Positions 1-13,900 of a DNA stretch of 64,000 bases are shown one piece after another. Each line of letters opens with the position of its first letter. The first letter of the stretch is position 1. Origin of the DNA: Marsupella aquatica. Lineage: Eukaryota; Plantae; Marchantiophyta. The translations under genes were made by a program, and so were the position numbers. The stretch lies in the NCBI GenBank assembly GCA_973895155.1, contig OZ316894.1, forward strand, positions 17,080,563-17,144,562, in the 5' to 3' direction. The notes under the pieces are model-generated. The model was given only the letters and a program-made list of their open reading frames with translations, did not search any database and had not been told where the DNA came from.

Positions 1-20
1 GTTCAAACAGTCCTGTTATT

Positions 21-3000
21 TTGCCAACCAGTTCAAAGTATCACTCGGGGAGATTCAAACATGGCAAAAAAGGTTCAATTGAAGAAAAGACAGGATGCCG
101 ACCAAAGAAATTAAATTGGATCTTTCCTGTAGAGAATGATACAAACAGCATCTTTAATGTATACACACAGCATTTGAAAAATAGAGAGAAACTGGCCACA
201 GGCACCTTTCCTCATGTAGTCCAAAATGACTTGGAGAAAATGGAAATAGATACAGGGATTGCGGAACCCAATGTACAAGAGGACATGTTGACCATTGGAT
301 CAAACCCTCTCTCTCAGAGGGTAACAATGTCAGAGCTTCCCGTAAAACCGCTAGAGCCCATGACTTTACAAACAGTTCAATCTACGGAGGGTAGTCATGA
401 AAGCAGAATGCCTCCTGAGAGTGTTGTTGGCACAGGCTTGGATCCCCACAGGAAGCAACATTTGTCTTCCTCCAATTTTGAAAGTCTTCATAATATGGTA
501 TCAAAAGATACGGATGCTGTTAGGCCCTCGGCTGAACTCAACAGTTTGAAGACGGATGCTGTGGCAGGTAGCGCTTCACTGTGATTCAAGCTTTCTGTAT
601 ATTGCTGATGTTCAAACAGCATCAGGTCCTGCCCTGTCACGCAGCATTCTGTCATTGTTTGTCCGAGTATTCAGGATAACGGACGATTTTACTTGAAGAG
701 CCACTGGCCATGACAAAAATTTCACCATTTTTAGTAATTTTTCCTTAAATTGTAGAGCAAAGTCTCCAGGGTAGAGGAGAGGAATGTGAAAAAGGGAGGA
801 GTCTTGGACACTTCTCCTTTTATACGGCCAGTGGTGGTTTATGGTGAATGATGAACAAGAAGTAATCCTCACACTAGTTTGACCCAAAATTTTGCGGCAA
901 TGAGTCCTATATAGTGGGGTACTGAGGGGTGTGACTTGAATTGATATGAAGAAATCGAACTGAGTATAAGTAACCTCAAGTTGCTCTCTGTGTAGACGCA
1001 TAATTGCACGTTTTCATGAAACTCAGGCATTAACCCTGAAGTGACGATTTTAGAGATAGGAGATTTGAAGCTCTGCCAGTCATCGACATCTTTCCATCTG
1101 AGGTACTTAATTTGCTTTGGTTTCCTATTTACCAAAAGCAAGTCCTTCTCGTCATTTGTGCTTTAAGCGAACCCTCGGGCATAGAATGGGCCATGCAAAG
1201 CAGATATTTTGGTTCTACCTCTACTGAGCTAGATTAGGCTGCTGGGATTCTTAAACTTTTAAGGTTATTGTTGTACTTACTTTTGACGGCTTATATTCCA
1301 CTCATTTTTACGATCTACAGCGAGAGACCCAACCAGGCCAATACCAGATGTAACTCTTTCCATTATGTCTCAGCTTTGTCTACATGTTCATGCCTACAAT
1401 TACGACTGGACATTTCCGCAGACCCCTGATCAAACACAAGTCCAGCCTGGCAAAATGTTGTCAATCAACAAGCCTGAGCGTGAACATGAAATCATAGACG
1501 GGCCTTCTTTAGGACACACATTATTTCGATTTATGTGCAAATGTAGGCGGTGTACTCCCTGCTGCTCAAGTTTCTATCGAGTACCCAGTTCTAGTACATG
1601 AAATATGCTGAAGCCTCTTTACTACTAGATCTGCATATACTAAGGATAGCATCTGGAACACTAGTTGAGAAATGTGAACGGTTAAAAAAACGTCCAGAGT
1701 GGAAATGGAAGTAGCTGTAAATTGAGATCCAGAATAGTTAGAGTTACACTAGACTCTTTACCGTCCGATCACGCAAAAGTTGGTGGCTGATAATCCTAGA
1801 CACTCGTAAAGCGTTGTCATGCATAGGACAAACAGACATGCGTTCTCTGTTAGTCTGCGCGGGAGATTTACGAGAAGTCCAATGGGTCTTTAACTGGACG
1901 ACTGTGGATATGTCAGACTGGATAGAGGCAAGGACAACCGTGATGACACGAAACCCAAAGAACAAACGCTCGTGGATATCAGTCATCTGCCCAATGTGAG
2001 TGTCTCGTCAGTTTTTCCTTATCCTCTAGTTTGGTCCCTTGTTGTCTCTATGCGGTAACATGCTGTGCAACTTGAAAGGGAATTGAAGGAGTCATTTGCG
2101 ATTGTCATTTCATGTTACTGCGCTTCATAGAGGTCTTGTCAGTCATGTATTTGAGAATTAAGTCTCACTGTTGCTGCTCTATCTAGCGTGTGAGGGCCAG
2201 CCTTAAAGTCCTTCAAGCCTTGTGGGTCTTTCTTCGACGCTTCTCATTCAACAGCAATTGGAATCCATTTGAGATAGTACAATTGTATTCCGAGGAATCT
2301 TCTACTAGCCTAAGTTGAGTATCTTTCATTTATAATAACGGCAATAATTCATTCCACTAAAAGACGATGCAAACGCGACAGGTGGAGAAGAAGAATCTCG
2401 CTCGAATGCGAAGTGTCTTTCATTCGTAACAAAACGCGTTGATAGTAAAACGAGCAGTGCCTTACTCAAACATTTTCGCACCCTATCTCTTCAGAAAACA
2501 GTGAAGGTTAGATGGGTCGACTTAGCAGAGAAAACTGTTGCTAGGAAAGAGTTGAATAGCTCATAGATAGAGCACGCAATCAAAACCGAAGATCATGGAG
2601 AGGCCTGGAGAAGCAACTTACAGATGATATGTCAGTATGATTGTCTTCCAGAAGGGTCTCAATCGAATCTTAGAATTGCAGAACATGATATCCCCGTCTT
2701 GTGATTTCAAGGTTAATAACTGTTCGGAATCATCACCAAGCACGTGCGTCAATAATTTGATTCCTCCAATGAAGGTGACATATGCACGTCGAGTCCACTC
2801 CAGGGCCATGCCTGATGGTGGATGCACAGATGAACGAGTAGTTGTTGAGTTGCATCAAAGGAGGCCTGATGTTCCAGCCGTGCAATTGCAAGGAGATACC
2901 AGTCTTGGCAGTCCAAAGTTGGACGCATCAGAGGATGCTCCCCAAGGACTGACAAGTTCTCGACTGAATAAGGGAATTGGAAATGCACAATCAGAAATTT

Positions 3001-6000
3001 TAGAAAGTTCTGTCAAGCTCAGCACTGTCAATGAACACTTCAAGAAGGGGCATATGTTCAGTAAAATCAAGCGAAACGTGACATCTCAGCCGACCATTGA
3101 TCATGCCCTAGATCACAACAAATTTGCTGCCCGCGAGGGAGAGGCTGGATCACCATGTACTGCGATGACTTGTGAGTACATTACATGGACTTGCAGAAAC
3201 CGGTCCATTCTAGCGCCTCTTGCATGCCCGCTGTTTGTGCATTTCAACTTGCACTTGCTCTTGAAAATGCTTTCAGTTGGTTAGATACCTCGCTGTACAT
3301 AAAATGCCTTCGTTAAACTGAAAGCTTGTTGGATGAGGAGTGTCTCAAAGGCCCTTATGTCATTTGGATCTCATTGAGAAGGACCAAAGAATAGAATGGA
3401 AGGGACATCCAGAGTGAGCTTTAATTGACATCACAGATTCATGTCCCATTTTAAGCAGTTACATTGGAGGCTTTTGCTCGGCACAGAACTACAAAGCGAT
3501 TTCAAGTTCAGTTTCTGACACGTCTGCTCCTCTTGTCAATCATTTTGCATCTAAAACGATCGGGAGATACTGCAGGTCAGAAAGGAGAGTTGACTACTCA
3601 GCTAAACCACAGCTCACAACCTGACCCACAAATAGATCTTCGAGACTCTCAAGAATGGGAGCTGAAACATAGACGTGATCAGCTAGAAGCTGAACTCCAG
3701 GTAACATGCTCACACCTAGCGTCAATTTGTGGTATCGGAAAAATTGCTACTTACTTTCGAAGTACTGAGGTTGTTCAGATCTTTCTGTACTTCTTTGCTG
3801 TAAACAAAAAGCTGCACTTCGCAAGTAGAGCCGAAATTTTCATAAATGTACTTATAGAACAAAAATCCGACAAAATGGATTGACTGCCGTAAAGAACACA
3901 GTCGGAGAAGGTTTATTATTGGGAAAAATACTTATACATTGTCACCGTTGCCCGAGAAGCACAGATCATTGTGATGAAATGCATTGTGTTGTAAAATGCT
4001 GATGAAACCGAAGTTTAACATAAGCGTCCATGGTATTCCGTTAGAGTAGTCAAGTCAGGGCAACGTCAAGAAGGAAAAGAGGGATTATACCCGAGGAATT
4101 AGAGCTCTGATCCCAACGATTTGGTCTACAGAAACTTGATGTTCAGATCATGAAGACAAGAGCAAGACTGCACCAACGCCACTACATGATTGATAGTCAA
4201 GTGCACAGTGTTTCAAGTAGTCCAGAACAGCCAGTTGAAGGCTTACTCAAATTGGACAAACCCTCAAATATTCAAAAGAGGTCCGCTAACGACCTGGCCA
4301 TTAAGGAAATGCAAAATGTTGTTTTTGAAGTAAGTCCTGATACCCTAATCCAAAAGACTGCTGCTACTTCACATTCGAGCCCTAAAGCTCGAAGAGATGA
4401 GGCGAAGAATGCTACAAGCTCAATCTCCTACTCAGACTCGTTTGTTAGTGAGGACACGGAAATGGGGCAAAAGGTTCTTACAGGATCGCGGACGTGTGAT
4501 TCTTTTGCCGATCGCCCACTCAGCGGACAGACTATAAACCCTTGTGGTCAACCCTATAGAGAGCCCAAGATTGTCAATCAGCAAGATGAACTTGATTTGG
4601 TGGACAGGCCTTGTGGTAGTAAAAGTCACGTATTAAAGAAACAGGTGGAAGCTCAATCATATTGCGAGACGCCAAGCACACAAGGTGACTTTGCTAGTGA
4701 AGGTTCAGAGATCAGTACTGGGAGGGGCCCAGGAAGAAGATTTGATATGCCACCTCCTCGAGTCGATTCTGCAGCAGCTTGGCGCAGAATAATATCGAAA
4801 GTCAGATCACTAAGACCAGTAATACCAGACCAAATAGTTGCGATAAATGTTGGAGAGGTCCAAGCACATGCCAAAGATGAAGGAACGATGTTTAAAAGTC
4901 GTACGGCTGCTGTTGGAGATTATGAGCTTTTAGGTGCCACTCAGGATTCTTTGAATACAATCACAGACAATATTAGTCGGAAGGGACTAAGGACGTCCTC
5001 TGACTGCATTCCTCAAAAAAATGAGGGAATGGTCACAAGGGATGAAAGACAGACTTCTTTCCAGCAGAACGTAAGAATACTAGTGGATAGAAAAAACTCT
5101 AAGGAGCTTCCAGCTTGTAGTGCTAGAGAAGGTCACAGGTCAGTTGTCCAACATGGGTCCCGAAATATTGAGACCAGGAACAACCCGATGCAGCGGGGCG
5201 CAACAAATGGTAGGTTGGCTGGAATAACAGGGGTCGATATCTTAAATGGAAATAGAATACCATCCGCCTGCATACAACAGAATGGACGGCCTATGACAGG
5301 GAAACGACAAGGCGACGTTGCTACTTGCGACGATGTTGAGGAGGTTCACACATGCCCATATGGATCTGAACAGAAGGAAGGAAGAACTTCCTACACAGTT
5401 GTTCCCAGTAATACCCTTCTGTTGTCGTCTGGCTGGACCACCTCAGAAAATGGCAGTGGTGGAGTACCAAGAAGAGAACTTGGCAAGGAAAGTCAGAAGA
5501 AAGGGGAAGAAGTGATGGTAACCAAAAAAACAGAACTACCCGTAAGCTGTCAGATAGCAAAGACTTTGGTCGCAGCAGAAGACTCATTCACTATTGTGGC
5601 TGCTGCAGAGGAACCTCCTTGTACCACGCAGCAGACATCACAGAGCCCGATGGAAAATCCAGGACAGACGTTTTCTGAGTGCAATATTGGACCTGCAAGT
5701 AGTGTAAAGGGCCAGATGAAGTCGATGCTACATGGTGGGAAGGTTTCCACATGCTCACACGAAGAAGGCCGGAGGAGTGATGAAGCTGCTGCCACAATTC
5801 TCCCACAATTTGGGCATGCTGCGAGTTTAACACCGGTGCGCAGCATACCTTGCAGTTCCCCAGCTAACGAAAAAGCTGACTGGGAGTGTTTAAGCTTGCC
5901 TTCTCATATGGATTTCTCCACAATCAAGGAAAAGTTGAGGAACAATAAGCTGGCCGTTGATGCTTTGCGGCCGTTCTCTAATAGTTGGAGCAGCTATCAG

Positions 6001-9000
6001 GTTGAGTCCTGTAAGAGTCCATCAATCTCCGAGGAGGCAGGAGGAAACTCTTCTGGAGTGCAAACAGTTGCCAGTGAGAGAATTATTCCCGGTGAGGTCT
6101 CTCATAACAGTAAGAATTTGCTGGATGAAAATCCTAGTAGTGTCGAAATTGAGCAAGCAGGCAAGAGCACATGTCCTCCTCCTGAAATGAAGGTAAACAA
6201 AGAAAATGGTTTACGTCGATTACCTAGTCGTTCAGAAAATGCGCTAAATAGTAAAGCAGATCCCAACTACAAATATTCTGATACTCCAGGATTGATCATG
6301 CCGCGCGTATCTTCTGCTGGAGAGGTTCCCAATTTTCTTCCATCCCTTTACTTCCGACAGGAGATGATAAACAGCAGCAAGCCTTCCGTGGATATGGAAT
6401 CCACTATAAGCGAGGATTTGGAGAACTATGAGTCAGATATAGAGGAGTTACAAGATGATGCTGTGTCTTCAGGATGTAATGTTGAGACTACATCTCCATG
6501 GAAGGCTAGCTTGTCTATTCCAAGCAATAATGCCTCCACGTCAACAAAACCGGATTCAGCCTGTTGTGTGGGTATTGGCTCTTCAAATATAGAAATCTTT
6601 AACTCGGAGTCGGATTTTCTTAGTGTAACAAATGGGCTGACTTCCGGGACAGGCGAGGTTTGTAAAAGTAGTAGTTCGATTCATAACATTAACCAAGACC
6701 TGACAGTACTAGGGGTCCCAAAACCTTGTGGAACGGGTAGAACACCCGCTGAATTGTTGTCAAGACGGTCCGAGTACCCACTATCTCTTCTTCATGCTGG
6801 GGATGAGTGCAAGAGCCAGCCTGCTACAAGTTGTACTTCTCCTGGAGATGCTCATGAGGCGGTGATCGGAAGCTCGCAAAGCATCAGAGCTGCAGTAAAT
6901 GAAGCCGATACTAATCTCCTAAAGATTACCAGGGTTTCAGATAACTATAACTGTGGATCTGAATTGTCACATGGGTCACATCTTCAGTCTGAAAGCATAA
7001 GTGAGGAGGTTCGGTCTGTTGACAGCGAAACAACATCTTCTTATCGTACAGGACCGCTGAGAGAAGATATTATTCATCGCGTTGACCCGGTAGAGTTGAT
7101 CACCAGGGAGGAAAGTAACGAAGACAATGATGACATGCAAAAAACCTGTGTTGACGATGCTGGAAAACATCACGCCTGCAATGCCGTGGTATCTTCCAGC
7201 GCACCACCTGAGACGCCTGATTTTAATGAGAAAGCAGACAGTCAGCATTATTCTCTTGGCATTTCAGGGTTCACCACAACTGCTGGAACCGCTGGAAAGG
7301 ACAACCGAGATATTGATTCCTCTTTCACGGACTGCGTTGCAACGGCAACCGATTCGCAAGAAAATGCAAGAAGTAGAGACGATTCTCACCATCTTCCTCT
7401 TGCCCCGCACGCTCTCGAATGTGAAAGCTCGAAGCCTATTGAGTTACCGATATCATGCAATATCCCACAATTGAGAATCTCAGAAGACTCTATCCAGTGT
7501 AATAATGGTACCCGTTACTCAACTGTGTCGGACTTTGGGAAATTGCCTTGTGCCCAGGATTATCAGGTTCAAGAGACACTAAGTGAAGATGAGAAGGACT
7601 TACTCAAAAACATGTCCGGGATGAAGATTGAATGTGCCTTCAATGGGCTGCTTGTCACTGAGATGCCTTCAAATGCTTCTGCTGGGTGGTCAATATCCGG
7701 TCCTGGAGAGATTGTGACAACCGCTAACACTGCCTTCTATGGTAAACCGAGTGATCCTGGAACCGTTTGCCACCTGGATGGGGCAAGACTGGAAGGCAGT
7801 CCAATCCTCGGAATGCCTCAAACAGTAGACCACCTGGAAGCGAGTGGTTCCTCATCTCATCAAATGGGACTATTTCAAGGATGTGATGAAATGTTTTTGG
7901 CAGTTGATGTGGGTTTCGATGAAGGAGATCCTAGTCATAAAAATTCTCTGGCAGAAGAAATGGAAGAAACCGAGCAGCTATCTGACGAAACTCATGAATT
8001 ATCATACAGTTTTACAGCTGCCGATTCTTCCTCGGACAACGAAGGTGCCACAAATAACATTGTGAGGAAGGAAGATAATGAGTCAGCTGTTGCAATTTCT
8101 ACTAGTATCTGTGGATATTCAGAGCCTGGATTGCGCAAAGCACCTTACCAAGACAAGAAAGCTCTTGTTGTTTCAAATCCACTGGACTCCGGCGGCTCCA
8201 AGAGAGATCCTACCAGTTTTGCAGCTAAGGACATATTTGATTCTTCTTGCCCTGACCTGCCGACAGGCACCAGTGAGAGTAAGGAGCTTCCAGTTGAATT
8301 TAGAGTTGTCAATGTTGAGTCTAAGAGGTCGTTGGACTCTATCTATAATGACCACAGCGGTCCAGCCACCTCACCACATCAAATGGTACCAGATCTTCAA
8401 GAAACTGAAACCAGCTACAGGTCTCAAAATATCTGTCTGAGGCCTGACCGGATCATTGCACTGCAGGCTTGCCATACCAACAACCTTAGCGGTACATCTT
8501 TATTGCTTGGGAATCAACAGCTCAACATTGACTTCGATAAATGTGCTAAAGAGAATCAAGCACACGACAATTCATATAACCGACCAGTCAATTTTGGGTT
8601 TGATTATGCCGATGCAAACTCAGAATTTGAGGGGCAAGCAAATAATCAAATAAATTATCCGGTTGGTTCCCCTCAATCACTGCAAATGCACTTGCCGCCA
8701 TCACAGCATGGCTCCATAACGTCTGAAAGTCCTACCACTTATTGCAGTAGCAGCAGCAGCAGCAGCAGCAAGGAGGGGTTCCTTTCACACACGTTAGACA
8801 ATGTTGTTCCCAGGGACAGTTCAGTCAATGAACTACATAAATTGTCACGCGCGGAGGATCGTGAGGAATGCTCTTCGGATATGTGTTCCGCTAATATGCT
8901 GCCACTCAGGTCTTCTCAGGAAATTATGGACATGGAAAAGCACGAAGCGTTGAGTCGTTGTGAGAAACAGGAAGATTATGTGGGGTGCCTCGGTAGCCAA

Positions 9001-10451
9001 CCAATCAGCAGTTCTGATGCCCCCAACGAGGAGCAAATGATATCAACAACTTGTCCCACAGCTCTCCAGGAAGCGTCTTGTTGTTTTTCCACTGGTTCTG
9101 ATGCCCCCACGAACAGGCTTAGTGGGATAATGGAGGAAATGAGGATACAAGCGGATGCAAGAAGGGCTGAGAAGCACAATATCATGACAGATTTGTTGAC
9201 TAGTATGATTTATGAGGATTTGCTGTGTGTGGAGCTATCCGGTAAGAACTTCTGAACATCTGAGAGTGTGAGCGAAGAGACTTCGATTCCTGCTTCGGTT
9301 TGGGAAGGGTTCTGCCGAAGATCTGGACAGTTATTTTTAATTCTTGCAGGGGGTGGTCAGGCGTATTTTATTACTTCTATTTGAAAATCTTTCAGCACTT
9401 TGGATATTGGAATTAGCAGAAGTCCCCTTGAAACTCCACGCGTGCACTGGCTTTGTAATTAGACGATCATATATATCATTGCCTTCTATATCACAGGGCC
9501 TATATATAATCGCAGCCGCAGAACTTGTGCTTGTGCTTTATATGTTAATTTGGTGCTAATCGTTATTTTTTCCTTCAAGTCTCAGGTTTCCATCACGAGG
9601 ATGAAACAAATGCTTTGGTGACATCCGGGCAGATGAATCAGACTGCAAAACTGACAAAGACTTTCAACCCAAAAGTGAAAAGCAGGTCAAGGAAAGTGTC
9701 AGAATTTTGCCAGGTACTGAAGCATTTTCTACCCATAGGTTGGAGAGCAGCATCTATCAGGCATAAGACAGGGTTGTTTCTACATGTGGAAGGGCTGAGG
9801 CCACACCCTCTTAACCCAGCCACACGAGCAATGCCAGGAACCTTGAAGCGTAGCGTTCACTACCCTTGCCATGGACAATCAGCGTATTGCTCTAACCCAG
9901 CTACTCCACAATTTCTCTTTCTTGGCTTGAGTGATCTCCACTCATATGTACAGAGGTCGCTTGAGGACTCCAGTCTCATCCTCGATCCAAGGCCCCCAAA
10001 GTGGTATGATCCGAAGAAGCCAGTGGTTGAACATGCCTTGAGTCCTCATATCTTTGAACATAGCCAACGGCATATTCATGAAAAGCTTATTTCGGATCTA
10101 ATCAATGAGATTTTACTAAAACAGTTTGACAGCAAGCTGCTTGTACCATCTGTTGGCATGAGGTCCCTTCCGGTGCCAGCTGGTGGTGAAGACCTGGTTC
10201 AGTTTGTCACAAATGGAATTTTGATGCACGAGAGATATGCTTCAGAACATGGATTTGACATTGAAAAGGTGATTGCCAAAGCATTTGAAGATGAACATTG
10301 GGAGAAATGCTCTGAAGAAGCTAGAGACGTGGTAGGTGACCTAGCACAAGACATTTTAGGGGATTTGATTGAGAGGTTTGTCTACGAGATGCTCCGAGGC
10401 TTGTGTTACTATATCAACCAGTGTCACGTGCTTGCTACTTCATCAGCTTAA
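21..10451 (+). CDS. Very large multi-exon low-complexity (Ser/Glu/Asp-rich) protein with C-terminal DUF4378 (TRM/CEP350-type) motif; 5' end lies at or beyond the window edge
   Basis: Phase-compatible GT-AG exons: ..567, probably 1321-1349, 2652-3171, 3576-3700, 4132-9241 (5110 nt), 9586-9713, 9954-10451. The last exon encodes IHEKLISDLINEILL...EDEHW...VVGDLAQDILGDLIERFVYEM, resembling DUF4378. The small exons between 568 and 2651 are uncertain. Confidence 0.75.
8745..8770 (+). repeat. (AGC)n microsatellite encoding poly-Ser
   Basis: agcagtagcagcagcagcagcagc-type run inside the large exon. Confidence 0.85.
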
Positions 10452-11259
10452 CCCAAATCTGTTGTTTGGTTTATCAAGCTGTGAATAAGTTGACCTGTAA
10501 CATAGAGGTATCCGGATCACAGTTCAATTCCAGGCATATATTTGGGCTTGGATGAGGAGGCTGTATATACTTGTATTTTAGCTTGACCAACGATTTGTAT
10601 CGATGATGTTCCCACATAAAATTATTTTTACTTCTCACCTGACACCACTGGCGTGGTCTTCATAGGAGGCTGGCTTGAAACGTTAGTTCAGGTCACATCT
10701 TTGGAGATGAGTACTCAGATTCTCTACATTACGAGTGAAAGTTACTGTCAGATGCTCGTGTTGCTATGAAACATTGTGGGCCATGAAAATGCCTATTCAG
10801 ACATTCTGCAATGAGATTGGTCGATATTTCATTGATCTTAATGCCTTCGTGATTTTTCCCTTTGTATATTTCACAGCATTTGGGATCATAATGCTCTGGT
10901 CCTCTTTATGATGATTCTTCTCTACTTTTACTAAAGTTAGAAAAAAATTAATCCTCTCTGGCCTTCAGGTGTAGTAAGGTCAGATTATATCCCATAATAC
11001 CCTCTAAACAGTAATGTTCTTTACTGTACACAAAGGAATGTAACAACTGCCTATTTGGCATAAGTCATGATCAATTGTTGATAACAATTATTGAATTCTA
11101 AATCTCGACTCCTATAAGGCAAACTGACTTGTTCCAGTACCAATTATTGTTATAAGGTTTGAATCTGCTCTATGGGGTCAACTCTTTGTATTTGTGAACC
11201 AGTTCAGAATTCGCAACTACCCAATTTAGCTTTGTAGAAACCTTTTTGCAAATCCTTTA

Positions 11260-11292
11260 GGGTGGCTTTACAAGACTTGGGGGCACTTGTGA
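11260..11292 (+). mobile_element. Isolated left end of the PIF/Harbinger-like MITE family seen at 35554-36114
   Basis: TTA|GGGTGGCTTTACAAGACTTGGGGGCACTT closely matches the left TIR at 35554. No right end found. Confidence 0.5.
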
Positions 11293-11642
11293 CTCTTTTC
11301 CACCAAAGCAAACTGGAGTGCACCTCTTGTTTGAAACAAAAACTTTCTATCAAAATATCTTTTGAAATGAAGTTCAATAATAGAAATCCCTTGAATAAAG
11401 GAACCAAAGTGTGGAAATGTTTGGACCGGCTATGGGGGTGCTTAAAATTCTAGACAAAGTAACACTCCACACCAGAATTTACTTGGGCCCACTACTTGCC
11501 CCTTGAAATAGGTAGACACTATACTTGAATGGGGTCCAAGCTCTTGTTAAGCAAACTGCAGCCATTTCCACTCATTCTAGAGTCTCATTGAAGGCCAGAA
11601 CTTGTCTTAGAGGGATTAAAAGTAGCATTGGTCCCCCAACGT

Positions 11643-13384
11643 CTTGTCTGCTCACATTATACAATACTTCCTACCATGGTAAAAAATCAAAAGATATTAA
11701 GAACCACAAGTGACTTGCTAACAATACTCATTTAGCTAGCAAACATTCTTGTCTACTCACATCATACAATACCTCCTACCATGGTCAAAAATAAAAAGAC
11801 ATTAAGAGCATCTAGCTACCAAAAATTATTTTCTCTCACATCATACAATACCTCCTACCATGATAAAAATAAAATGACATTAAGACCCGCCAGTGACCGG
11901 GCCAGGGACTTGCTAACAATACTCATCTAGCTAGCAAAACCTCATGTCTGCGCACATCATGGGCAAAAAATAATCCGTGGACCCCCATGTTAGGCAGTTA
12001 TCTAGAAACTGAAGCCCAAATGGACCTCCAAGTCCGAAGAAAAATAAATTCAAAAATGGACAAGTCAATGTTTGACACTTGAAACAATTGCCAAACTTAC
12101 CAAGGGAACCATAATTAACATGAATCACAAAATCAACTGCAATGTGAACTACTGTTTAATGTTGGGTAGCTTAATTGCCCACTTCAGCAAAACGGTGCTC
12201 TATGGTTTCCTCCACAGTACTGAAGGGATGTCGGATGCACTCAAGTTGCATAGAAAGTAATCACTTTTCAATTCCTACACGTAGAGAGACGAAGAGAGAG
12301 AAACCATCAGTGTCATCAAATCACTAACTTTGCAGAATTGTTTGAGACAAAACTTTTCATGGAAACAATCTTCAATTGTAGAATTCGGAATAGATCGAAA
12401 GCTAGAGAAATTTAGAAATTCATGATCACTTTAGTACTTGATAAAATCTCTTAATGTCACACTCATTGGAAAACTAGAGAACATTGGAAACTCATAATCT
12501 ACTCAGAACTCAACTAAATCTATCAATATTAAGTTCATTAAATAGCTAAAGAAATTCTAAAACTCATAATCTATTTAGTACTCGATAAAATGTGTCAATT
12601 TTAGGTTCATTCTCATGGAAGAAATAAACATTTCAGGGGTTGTGCAAACAAGAGATTTCTATTTATATTCACATTAGAGATTATGAAATCACGGGTAAAA
12701 TTTAATTTTCAAATTACTTACTCAATTTTTACCAAAGGGTGACAATCTTGAGCTCACTAGGACAGTCTTTTCAAGATCTTTCCATCGCCATATTATATTT
12801 GAGTTTTTATTATGATTTGACTCAGCAATGTCAAATCAAAAATTAATGTCAGGGAAATTTTATGTTTTGAATAAAATTAATTTATAAATAAAGCCGTTAC
12901 TGGGGAAATGTACCTCAATCTTTGTCTTTTGATTTGCATGTCAATTTTTTTACATTCTCTTTTATGGTATGGCGTCCCAATTTTTACAAAAAAGTTGCCA
13001 CAAACACTAATGCAAAAGTTAATTTTATAAAAAAAAAAGTCTCTTAGTGTTTGCAGTTTGCCATGATGTGGCACTCTGTGGAGCCTAGAATCTTGGGGTC
13101 CATAATAAAAAGACAGCAAGAACCACTAGTGGCATACAATATCTCCTAACACGGTCAAAAATCAAAACATAAAGAATTACTACCGTAGTGACTTGCTCAC
13201 AATGCTCATCTACCATCTAGCAAAAACTCATGTCTGCTCACATCTTACAATACCTCCTACCTTGGCTCCTACCATGGTCAAAAAATCAAAAGTCATAAAG
13301 AACCACTACCGTAGTGACTCACTAACAATACTCATCCACTGTAGCTAGCAAATATTCATGTCTGCTCACATCTTACAATACGTC
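11643..13384. repeat. Degenerate ~70-120 bp repeat array (core TACAATACCTCCTACCATGGTCAAAAA) split by a ~1.17-kb AT-rich insert
   Basis: About 3 units at 11643-11960 and about 2-3 units at 13134-13384. The intervening 11961-13130 carries its own ~72-bp triple repeat at ~12398-12600. Confidence 0.75.
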
Positions 13385-13620
13385 CTACCATGGTCAGGCA
13401 TGACCCTTGCCTTGGGTCATACTACAGTACATCGAGCTCCAATACCTCCTACCATGGTCAGGCGTGACCCTTGCCTTGTGGTCATACTACAGTACATCGA
13501 GCTCCAACAGCTTCTACCATGGTCAGGCGTGACCCTTGCCTTGGGGTCATACTACAGTTTATCGAGCTCCAATACCTCCTACCATGGTCAGGCGTGACCC
13601 TTGCCTTGGGTCATACTATA
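13385..13620 (+). repeat. ~63-64 bp tandem repeat (~3.7 copies) immediately upstream of SKP1
   Basis: Unit CCTACCATGGTCAGGCGTGACCCTTGCCTTGGGTCATACTACAGTACATCGAGCTCCAATACCT with internal inverted repeat TGACCC-N7-GGGTCA. Confidence 0.9.
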
Positions 13621-13667
13621 TCGAGCGACGGCACTGTGGTCCTCATCCTCTTCTTTTGTCTCAGTAT

Positions 13668-13687
13668 TCTCTCTCTCTCTCTCTCTC
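13668..13687 (+). repeat. (CT)n microsatellite in the SKP1 5' leader
   Basis: tctctctctctctctctctc, typical of plant 5' UTRs. Confidence 0.8.
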
Positions 13688-13900
13688 GTCTTCGTTCTCG
13701 CCGAGATTTCTGTGCGCTCCTCTTCTCCGACCTTCTTCTTCTGGTCGAGCGGCATCGCATCGGCAGACAGACGCCATCGCTGCGCTCCGTCGGCTGAACT
13801 CGACATTTGCCATCCAGAGAACAGCAATTTGTGCTCTGAATGTAATTTGAGCGGAGGCAGAATCGAGAAAGGGAAGCGCAAGTGACGCGAGAAAGGAAAG

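Noticed and set aside
13385-13620. CRISPR-like palindromic repeats
   Set aside because: The whole unit repeats with no variable spacer, so it is a tandem minisatellite.
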